The position numbers were made by a program, and so were the translations under genes. Under the pieces are notes generated by a model, which had not been told where the DNA came from, ran no database searches, and saw only the letters and a list, made by a program, of their open reading frames with translations. From positions 4,684 to 68,683 of the forward strand of contig CBDHDN010000019.1 in the NCBI GenBank assembly GCA_965261585.1: a stretch of 64,000 nucleotides of DNA, written 5' to 3'. Below, piece by piece: positions 56,437-64,000 of the stretch (position 1 is its first letter; every line of letters starts with the position of its first letter). Source of the DNA: Alphaproteobacteria bacterium (GTDB lineage Bacteria; Pseudomonadota; Alphaproteobacteria; UBA6615).

Positions 56437-57726
56437 GTGTCGAAGATGAAAGCAATCGCTGGCTGGCTCCACGCGGCGGCACGGTACGCGGCCATCATCG
56501 CGGCGCTTGCCGCGTTCGCGCAGACCGCGGCGGCGCAACAGGTGCTGCGCATCGCGGCCGTCGTCAACGATGACGTGATCTCCGCCTTCGACCTGCAGCA
56601 GCGCCTGCGCATGGTGCTGTTGACGTCGGGCCTGCAGGACACGCCGGAACAGCGCCGGCGGCTGGCGCCGCGGGTGCTGCAGATCCTGATCGACGAGCGG
56701 CTGCAGGCCCAGGAGGCGGCGCGGCTCAACGTCCGCGTGACCGCGCAGGAGGTCGATCAGGGCATGCGGCAGATCGAGCGCAACAACAATCTGCCAAGCG
56801 GCGGGTTCGATGCCTTCGCACGCCAGGCCGGCGTGTCGGCCGCCGCCGTCGAGGAGGGCATGCGCGCCAACATCCGATGGCAGAAAATACTGGCGCGGCG
56901 CATCGTCCCGACAATCGAGATCGGCCCCGACGAAATCGACACCGTCTTGGAGCGCATCATGGCCAACAGCGGCCGCACCGAATATCGCGTCGCCGAGATC
57001 GTGCTGCCGATCGACGACCCGGCGGAAGAGGCCGAGGTGATTGGCCTGGCCGACCGGCTGGTCGCGCAGCTGCGCGAGGGCGCGAATTTCGCTGCCGTCG
57101 CGCGCCAGTTCAGTCAGAGCGCCACGGCAGCCCAGGGCGGCGACATCGGCTGGGTCCAGGAGGGCCAGCTGGGGTCCGAGCTGGATGCCGCCCTGGCCAG
57201 GATGGCGGCCGGACAGCTGTCGCCGCCGATCCGCGCGCCCGACGGGATCCGCATTCTGGCGCTCATTGATCGGCGACGGGCGCAGGCGCCGGGCGAGGAC
57301 GAGATCGAGGTCGCCGTGCGCCAGTTGTTGTTGCCGTTCGCCGCCGGTGCGGCGGAGAACGAGATCGAGAGCCAGATCGCCCTGGCGGCGCAGGTCGGCG
57401 AAGCGGCCGAGAGCTGTGCCGATTTTGCCGAGCTCGCCGACCAACTGGGCGCCCCGCAGCCGGCCGAGCCGATCCGCCTGCAAGTCGGCAATCTGAGTGA
57501 ACAGCTGCGCGACGTCGTCGCGGCGCTGCCGGTGGGAGACGTCAGCGCACCGCTGCGCACGCCCAACGGGGTACAGCTGGTGATGCTGTGCGAGCGCGAC
57601 GATTCGGCCACGGAGGCGACGCGGGAGCGGATCGGTGACACGCTGCGGCGCGAGCGCCTGGACATGCTGGCGAACCGCTATCTGCGCGACCTGCGCCGCG
57701 CCGCCTTCATCGACCGCCGGGTTTGA
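56437..57726 (+). CDS. surA: SurA-like periplasmic chaperone/PPIase
   Basis: RIAAVVNDDVIS, LIDERLQ, FAAVARQFS..GGDIGW, YLRDLRR. Confidence 0.88.
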   Translation: MSKMKAIAGWLHAAARYAAIIAALAAFAQTAAAQQVLRIAAVVNDDVISAFDLQQRLRMVLLTSGLQDTPEQRRRLAPRVLQILIDERLQAQEAARLNVRVTAQEVDQGMRQIERNNNLPSGGFDAFARQAGVSAAAVEEGMRANIRWQKILARRIVPTIEIGPDEIDTVLERIMANSGRTEYRVAEIVLPIDDPAEEAEVIGLADRLVAQLREGANFAAVARQFSQSATAAQGGDIGWVQEGQLGSELDAALARMAAGQLSPPIRAPDGIRILALIDRRRAQAPGEDEIEVAVRQLLLPFAAGAAENEIESQIALAAQVGEAAESCADFAELADQLGAPQPAEPIRLQVGNLSEQLRDVVAALPVGDVSAPLRTPNGVQLVMLCERDDSATEATRERIGDTLRRERLDMLANRYLRDLRRAAFIDRRV

Positions 57727-58601
57727 CCCGGGCGTCGCCGACCGGTTCCGCAGCGCCGTCGCCGGCCCTGCCACCGCCGAACCTGCCGCCGCTGCGCGAG
57801 GTGATCGCTCGGCACGGCCTGCGGGCCAAACGATCGCTCGGCCAGCACTTCCTGCTCGACCTCAACCTGACGCGCCGCATCGTCGGCGCCGCCGGCGATT
57901 TGGCGGGCAGCCATGTCGTCGAGATCGGGCCGGGACCGGGCGGCCTGACGCGGGCGCTGCTGGACAGCCCGGCGGCGGGGGTCGTGGCGGTCGAGCGCGA
58001 CGACCGCTGCCTGGCGGCGCTGGCCGAGCTCGCCGCGGCGTACCCGGGCCGCCTGCGTTGCGTCGCCGGCGACGCGCTCGTCATCGACCCGGCGACGCTG
58101 TGCCCGGCGCCGCGCGCCATCGTCGCCAACCTGCCCTACAACATCGCCACGCGGCTCGTGCTGAACTGGCTCACGGCGCCACAGGCCCACTCCGCCATCA
58201 CAGTGATGCTGCAGAAGGAGGTGGCACAGCGCCTCGCCGGGCAGCCGGGCACCAAGAGCTATGGCCGCCTGTCGGTCATCGTGCAGTGGCTGTGCGAAGT
58301 GCGCATCGCCTTCGACGTGGCGGCGACGGCGTTCACACCGCCGCCCAACGTCGTGTCCAGCGTCGTCCGGCTGGTGCCGCGCGCAGCGCCGCTGTTTCCG
58401 GCCGAACGGGCGACGCTCGAACGCGTCACCGCCGCCGCGTTCGGCCAGCGCCGCAAGATGCTGCGGACGAGCCTCAAGCAGCTCGTCGCCGACCCGTTGC
58501 CGGTGCTGGCCGAAGCCGGGATCGACCCGCGGGCGCGCGGCGAGGCGCTGTCGATCGAAGAGCTGTGCGAACTGGCGCGCGCGTTCGCCGCGCACCACTA
58601 A
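57723..58601 (+). CDS. rsmA: 16S rRNA dimethyltransferase
   Basis: KRSLGQHFL, EIGPGPGGLT, ANLPYNI, QKEVA, QRRKML. Confidence 0.95.
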   Translation: MTRASPTGSAAPSPALPPPNLPPLREVIARHGLRAKRSLGQHFLLDLNLTRRIVGAAGDLAGSHVVEIGPGPGGLTRALLDSPAAGVVAVERDDRCLAALAELAAAYPGRLRCVAGDALVIDPATLCPAPRAIVANLPYNIATRLVLNWLTAPQAHSAITVMLQKEVAQRLAGQPGTKSYGRLSVIVQWLCEVRIAFDVAATAFTPPPNVVSSVVRLVPRAAPLFPAERATLERVTAAAFGQRRKMLRTSLKQLVADPLPVLAEAGIDPRARGEALSIEELCELARAFAAHH

Positions 58602-59251
58602 CGCCCCATGCGCAGGGCGCGGATGAACTCGGCGAGGCCGACCTGGCGGTCGCGGCGCAGGCGCTCGGCGTCGAGGATCGCCTGCGCCTTGGCGACGCTG
58701 GTGCCGACGTCGGTGTTGACGATGATGTAGTGATACTCACTCCAATGGGTCATCTCGTCGGCCGCCTTGGCCATCCGGTCGGCGATGACCCGGTCGCTGT
58801 CCTGGGCGCGCGCGATCAGCCGGCGCTCGAGCTCGGCGGTCGACGGCGGCAGCACGAAGACGCTGACCAGGTCCTCGCGCGCCGTCTCCTCGAGCTGCTG
58901 GGTGCCCTGCCAGTCGATGTCGAACAGCACGTCGCGGCCGGCGCCGAGCGCCGCCTCGACCGGGCCGCGCGGCGTCCCGTAGTAGTGCCCGAACACCTTG
59001 GCGTGCTCGAGCAGCTCCTGCCGGTTGACCATCAAATCGAACGTGGTGGGGTCGAGGAAGCGGTAGTCGGCGTTGGCGACCTCGCCGGGGCGCTTCGGCC
59101 GCGTCGTCACGGAGATCGACATCGTCAGGTTCGGGTCGCGGTCCAGCAGCGCGCGCGAGATCGTCGTCTTGCCGGCGCCCGAGGGCGACGACAGCACGAG
59201 CATCAGGCCGCGCCGCGAGATGTTGCCGGGCTCCGGATCGCGCTCTGCCAA
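58598..59251 (-). CDS. gmk: Guanylate kinase
   Basis: SSPSGAGKTT, TTRPKRPGE, YYGT, DIDWQG; TTG start after GGAGCA repeats. Confidence 0.93.
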   Translation of the reverse strand: MAERDPEPGNISRRGLMLVLSSPSGAGKTTISRALLDRDPNLTMSISVTTRPKRPGEVANADYRFLDPTTFDLMVNRQELLEHAKVFGHYYGTPRGPVEAALGAGRDVLFDIDWQGTQQLEETAREDLVSVFVLPPSTAELERRLIARAQDSDRVIADRMAKAADEMTHWSEYHYIIVNTDVGTSVAKAQAILDAERLRRDRQVGLAEFIRALRMGR

Positions 59252-59268
59252 CGCTCCTGCTCCTGCTC

Positions 59269-60155
59269 CTACTCGACGTTCTGCACCTGCTCGCGCAGCT
59301 GCTCGATGACCTCTTTCAGCTCGAGGCCGATGTTGGTCAGCGCCAGGTCCGCGGCCTCGAGCACAGCGTGTTGGCCTCGCGCAACAGCTCCTGACACAGG
59401 AAGTTGAAGCGGCGGCCGCTGTCGCCCGTCGCATCGATCATCGCCCGCGCCGCGGCGACATGGGCCTGCAGCCGGTCGAGCTCCTCGCGCACGTCGGCCT
59501 TGCCGGCGAGCAACGCCGCCTCCTGGGCCAAGCGTTCCTCGGGCAGGGCCGGCGCGGCCTCGAGCAACTCGGCCAGCTGCTCGACGAGCCGGGCCTTGAT
59601 GGCCGACGGCTGGGCGGCGGCCGACGCCTCGGCGCGGGCGACCAGGTCGGTCACGGCGTCGAGCCGGCCGCCGAGGATCGCGGCGATGCGCGCGCCCTCC
59701 TCCGACCGGGTCGCGGCAAGGCTCGCGAGCGCTTCGTCGAGGGTCGCGGCAAACGCCTTGTCGCGGGCGGCCCGCGCCGCGTCGGACGGCGCCTCGTCGA
59801 CCGGCTCCAGCATGCCGCGGATGGTGAGCAGGCCGGTCAGGCCCGGCGGCCCCGGCTCGGTCACATCGGCCAGCTCGGCACGCAGCGCCAGCACCTGGTC
59901 GAGCAGCTCGCGATTGATGCGGTAGCGGGCCTTGGCACTGGCCTCGTCGAGGGTCAGCGTCAGCGCCACGTTGCCGCGCTTGAAGCGCTCGGCCACGGCG
60001 GTGCGGGCGGCCAGCTCCAGCTCCTCCCAGCCGGCGGGAAAGCGGCAGCGGACGTCGAGGGACTTGCCATTGACGCTGCGCGCTTCCAGGGTCCAGGCGA
60101 GAGTGTCTGAGCGGCCGTGGGCGCGGGCGAAGCCCGTCATACTGGCGAGCGGCAC
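59269..60155 (-). pseudogene. yicC: YicC/YloC-family endoribonuclease with a -1 frameshift near the C-terminus
   Basis: SMTGF, RSVNGK, EELDRL, GRRFNFLCQE..REANTLCS then frame break at about 59357; AADLALTNIGLELK..REQVQNVE continues in another frame. Confidence 0.85.
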
Positions 60156-60279
60156 GTGTGATCCTCCGCGAGGCACCGGCGGGAAGCGCGTCCTTATAGC
60201 CCGCGTGCGACCGCGCCGCCAAGCGGGCCGGCACTGGCGCGGCCGGGCGCCGAACACTCGCGACGGGGAGGTCAGATCG

Positions 60280-61083
60280 ATGCGCGATCCGTTGTCCGTG
60301 CTGATTACCGGTGCGTCGAGCGGCATCGGCGCGGCGCTGGCGCACGCCTATGCCGGGCCGGGGCGGCGGCTCGTGCTGGGTGGACGCAACCGCGCGCGGC
60401 TGGAGGCGGTGCGCGAAGCCTGTGCCGCGCGGGGCGCCGCGGCGGTGGCCGCCACTGTCGACGTGACCGATCGCGCGGCCCTGATCGCTTGGATCGAGGA
60501 CGCGTGGCGGGAGCAACCGCTCGACCTGGTCATCGCCAATGCCGGATTCTCTGCCGGCACCGGCAACGGCGAAGCCGGCGAAACGGCGGCCCAGGTCGAG
60601 GCGATTTTCGCGACCAACCTGACGGCGGTACTGGACACAGTGCACACGGCGCTGCGGCTGATGCGGGCGCGCCCGCCAGAGGCCGGCCGGCCGCGCGGTC
60701 AGATCGCCGTGATGTCGAGCCTGGCGGCGTTCCGCGGCTTCGCCGGGGCGCCGGCCTATTGCGCCAGCAAGGCGGCGGTGCGGCTCTATGGCGAGGCGCT
60801 GCGCGACCAGCACGCCGCCGACGGCATCGAGGTGTCGGTGATCTGCCCGGGCTTCGTGCGCACGCCGATGACCGACGTGAACGAGTTCCGCATGCCGCTG
60901 CTGATGGAGGCCGACCGGGCCGCGGCGATCATCGAGCGCGGCCTCGCCCGCAACCGCGCGCGGATCGTCTTTCCGCGGCGGCTCTACTGGATGATCCGCG
61001 CCGTCGACCTGGGCACCGGCCCGCTCACCGACCGGGTCATGCACCGCGTTCCGCGCAAGCCGGCCGACGCCGGCCTGTCCTGA
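60280..61083 (+). CDS. Short-chain dehydrogenase/reductase
   Basis: TGASSGIG, ANAG, YCASK, PGFVRTPM. Confidence 0.9.
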   Translation: MRDPLSVLITGASSGIGAALAHAYAGPGRRLVLGGRNRARLEAVREACAARGAAAVAATVDVTDRAALIAWIEDAWREQPLDLVIANAGFSAGTGNGEAGETAAQVEAIFATNLTAVLDTVHTALRLMRARPPEAGRPRGQIAVMSSLAAFRGFAGAPAYCASKAAVRLYGEALRDQHAADGIEVSVICPGFVRTPMTDVNEFRMPLLMEADRAAAIIERGLARNRARIVFPRRLYWMIRAVDLGTGPLTDRVMHRVPRKPADAGLS

Positions 61084-61224
61084 AGGCATTCATGCATCTC
61101 CGCAGACCCCGATCGTGAAGTTTCGATGAGCCGGCCATTGCGTAATCCATTGGCCGCGCTACGCGCCGCGGGATAAGTGAACCTGGCTGGCTCGAGACGG
61201 GTGGTTCTCACGAATCTCCACACT

Positions 61225-61320
61225 CTCGTCGTCCTTGGGCTTGACCCAAGGATCCATGCTTGCGCCCGCACGGTGGCGCGCGCCCGTGCGATGGGCCCTC
61301 GTGCCAAGCACGAGGGTGAC
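61225..61320. repeat. REP-like element, relative of 35561-35653
   Basis: CCTTGGGCTTGACCCAAGG..GGGCCCTCGTGCCAAGCACGAGGGTGAC. Confidence 0.75.
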
Positions 61321-61450
61321 GGCATCAACTGAGCTTCCTGCATCCAAACGGCAGCCCACCCACGATGTGCAAATCTCGTAGCGGCTGAACAGCGGCCCGC
61401 CGTCAAGCCTTCAATCTACCGGCGAAGAAGCCGCGTTGCATATCTTGTCG

Positions 61451-62512
61451 TCAGCGATCGCCCTGCCTGCGCTGCACGCGGCGCCAGCGGGCGACGTTGC
61501 GGTTGTGCTCGGTGAGGGTGCGGGCGAAGACGTGGCCGCCGCTGCCGTCGGCGACGAAATAGAGCTCGTCCGTCGCCAACGGGTTGAGCACGGCCTCGAT
61601 GCTGGCGCGGCCGGGATTGGCGATCGGCCCCGGCGGCAGGCCGCGAACGACGTAGGTGTTGTACGGATGAATCGAGCGTAAATCGGCGCGGCTGAGCGGC
61701 CGGCCGAGCGGCCCCTGCCCGTTCGTCAAGCCATAGACGACGGTCGGGTCCGACTGGAGCCGCATGCCGCGCCGCAGCCGGTTGACGAAGACCGCGGCGA
61801 CGCGCGGCCGCTCCTCAACCAGCGCCGTCTCGCGCTCGACGATCGAGGCCAGGATGACGGCGTCCTCACGTGTCGTCAGCGGCAGGTCCGCGGCCCGGAC
61901 CGGCCACAGCGCGTCGATCGTATCGACCATGGCGCGGCGCATGCGGGCGACCATGTCGGTCGCGTCGTCGCCCCAGCCGTAGTGATAGGTCTCGGGCAAC
62001 AGCGTGCCCTCCGCGGGCGCGCTGTCGATGCCGCCGGTGAGGCCCTCGGTCGCGGCAACGAGCGCCAGTGTCTGGGCGACGGTGAGCCCTTCGGGAATGG
62101 TCAGGCGGCGGACCACGGTCTCGCCGGACTGAATGATCGCCAGGACGGCGCGGGCGCCGACGCGCGGCGGAAACGCAAACTCGCCGGCGCGCAGCGGCCG
62201 TGCCCGGCCGAGCAGCCGCTGCGCCAGCGCCACCACGCCAGCGTCCTCGACGACACCGGCCGCTTCCAGCCTGGCGGCAATCTCATCGATCGAGGCGCCG
62301 CGGGGAATGACCAGCGTCGTCGCCTCGGCAAGCGGCCCCTCGCGGCTCAGCAGAACGCCGAAATAGGCGGCGGCGGCGCCGAGCATCGTCAGCCCGACAG
62401 CGGCGATCGCCAACAGCCGGATGAACCAGCGTCCGCCGCGGCGCGGCCGGGCGCGCGCTGCAGCCGCGGCCCCGACCGACCGCTCTACCGATTGCTCGGG
62501 GGTGTCCCCCAT
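61451..62512 (-). CDS. mltG: Endolytic transglycosylase MltG
   Basis: TIPEG, EGTLLPETY, LASIVERET, NRLRRGMRLQSDPT, YNTY, GLPPGPI. Confidence 0.93.
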   Translation of the reverse strand: MGDTPEQSVERSVGAAAAARARPRRGGRWFIRLLAIAAVGLTMLGAAAAYFGVLLSREGPLAEATTLVIPRGASIDEIAARLEAAGVVEDAGVVALAQRLLGRARPLRAGEFAFPPRVGARAVLAIIQSGETVVRRLTIPEGLTVAQTLALVAATEGLTGGIDSAPAEGTLLPETYHYGWGDDATDMVARMRRAMVDTIDALWPVRAADLPLTTREDAVILASIVERETALVEERPRVAAVFVNRLRRGMRLQSDPTVVYGLTNGQGPLGRPLSRADLRSIHPYNTYVVRGLPPGPIANPGRASIEAVLNPLATDELYFVADGSGGHVFARTLTEHNRNVARWRRVQRRQGDR

Positions 62513-62531
62513 GGGGCCGTCACGGCGCCCC

Positions 62532-63800
62532 TTAGGGCGCGGCCTTGATGATCAGGGACGCGTTCGTGCCGCCGAAGCCGAACGAGTTGCTGAGCACCGT
62601 CCGGACGCGGCGCTCCTTGGCCTCGTGCGGGACGAGGTCGATCGGCGAGTCCTCGGAGGGGTCGTCGAGGTTCAGGGTCGGCGGCACGACGCCGGTGTTG
62701 ATCGCCAGGATCGAGTAGATGGCCTCGACGCTGCCGGCGGCGCCGAGCAGGTGGCCGATCGCCGATTTCGTCGACGACATCGAGATCTTCATCGCCGCGT
62801 CGCCGAACAGGCGCTCGACGGCGCGCAGCTCGATCTCGTCGCCCATCGGTGTCGACGTGCCGTGGGCATTCACATAGTCGATGTCGTCGGGCGCCATGGC
62901 GGCGCTGCGCAGGGCATTGCGCATCGACCGATAGCCGCCGTCGCCATCGGCGGCCGGTGCGGTGATGTGATGGGCGTCGCCCGACATGCCGTAGCCGGCG
63001 ATCTCGGCATAGATCTTGGCCCCACGGGCCCGTGCGTGCTCCAGCTCTTCCAGCACGACGACGCCCGAGCCTTCGCCCATGACGAAGCCGTCGCGCCCGC
63101 GGTCCCAGGGCCGCGAGGCCTTGGCCGGCGTGTCGTTGTAGGCCGTCGACAGTGCCCGGCAGGCGTTGAATCCGGCAATGCCGATGCGGCAGATCGACGC
63201 CTCGGCACCGCCGGCGATCATGACGTCGGCGTCGTCCAGCTTGATCAGCCGGGCGGCGTCGCCGATGGCGTGGGCGCCGCTGGAGCAAGCCGTCACGACG
63301 GCGTGGTTCGGCCCCTTGAAGCCGAACTTGATGGAGACGTGGCCGGAGCACAGGTTGATGAGCGCCGAGGGGATGAAGAACGGGCTGATCCGGCGCGGGC
63401 CGCGCTCTTTCAGCGTGACCGAGCTTTCGTAGATCGCCTGCAACCCGCCGATGCCGGAGCCGATCATGACGCCGGTCCGCTCCAGCCCCTCCGGGTCGGT
63501 CGGCCGCCAGCCGGAATCCTCGATCGCCTGGGTCGCCGCGGTCAGCCCGTAGACGATGAACTCGTCCATCTTGCGGCGGTCCTTGGCCGGCACCCAGTCG
63601 TCGGGATTGAAGTGGCCGTTCCGCCCGCTGTCCTCGCCGCGCGGAATCAGGCCGCCGATCTTCGTGGCCAGATCGGACACATCGAAGGCCTGGATGCCGC
63701 CGATGCCCGAATGCCCGGCCGTCAGACCATCCCAGTTGGTCTTGATGCCGACGCCCAGCGGCGTGACCAGGCCCAGACCGGTAACGACGACCCGTCTCAT
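62532..63800 (-). CDS. fabF: 3-oxoacyl-ACP synthase II
   Basis: MRRVVVTGLG, TACSSG, NAHGTST, GHLLGAAG, SNSFGFGG. Confidence 0.96.
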   Translation of the reverse strand: MRRVVVTGLGLVTPLGVGIKTNWDGLTAGHSGIGGIQAFDVSDLATKIGGLIPRGEDSGRNGHFNPDDWVPAKDRRKMDEFIVYGLTAATQAIEDSGWRPTDPEGLERTGVMIGSGIGGLQAIYESSVTLKERGPRRISPFFIPSALINLCSGHVSIKFGFKGPNHAVVTACSSGAHAIGDAARLIKLDDADVMIAGGAEASICRIGIAGFNACRALSTAYNDTPAKASRPWDRGRDGFVMGEGSGVVVLEELEHARARGAKIYAEIAGYGMSGDAHHITAPAADGDGGYRSMRNALRSAAMAPDDIDYVNAHGTSTPMGDEIELRAVERLFGDAAMKISMSSTKSAIGHLLGAAGSVEAIYSILAINTGVVPPTLNLDDPSEDSPIDLVPHEAKERRVRTVLSNSFGFGGTNASLIIKAAP

Positions 63801-63859
63801 GCTGCTATGATCGCCAGGCACCGCTCGCGCATGCGCATGCCTGCCCCCAGCGAGCGCCG

Positions 63860-64000
63860 TTACGACGCCGTGTGCTGCTCGAGGAAGGTGACGGCGTCTC
63901 CGACCGTCAGGATCTTCTCGGCCGCGTCATCGGGTATCTCGCAGCCGAACTCTTCCTCGAAGGCCATCACCAGTTCGACCGTGTCGAGACTGTCGGCGCT
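63860..64000 (-). CDS. acpP: Acyl carrier protein, C-terminal part
   Basis: [36 protein letters not shown]; upstream of fabF. Confidence 0.93.
   Translation of the reverse strand, partial: SADSLDTVELVMAFEEEFGCEIPDDAAEKILTVGDAVTFLEQHTAS

Noticed and set aside
59253-59270. Triple GGAGCA repeat before gmk as a regulatory element
   Set aside because: Explained adequately as a duplicated SD-containing hexamer; too short to support more

Overview
High-GC alphaproteobacterial (Rhodospirillales-like) chromosome segment. It is mostly housekeeping genes (metY, pmbA, msbA-like/waaA/lpxK, xseA, purD, tadA, rluB, rsmD, mutL, M16 protease pair, lspA/ileS/ribF, holC/pepA/lptF/lptG/lptD/surA/rsmA, gmk, yicC, mltG, fabF, acpP) heavily invaded by mobile DNA. 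The mobile elements are: an ISNCY-type end at the window start; two IS3-like elements that each have a 14-bp target duplication; two IS256 copies; an IS1380 splitting a diheme cytochrome c gene; an IS1202-type element (16-bp duplication) whose transposase is interrupted by an intact group II intron with matching EBS1/IBS1; a truncated IS630; two families of CTAG-bounded ~105-120 bp miniature elements; and REP-like palindromes. The most notable unannotated features are a compact unit at 3722-3980 (perfect FNR/FixK box, 34-aa membrane peptide, C-rich hairpins, terminator), a candidate Ile-Ile leader peptide upstream of ileS, and a decaying cheZ/chemoreceptor islet. All assignments come from reading the sequence; no database searches were run.
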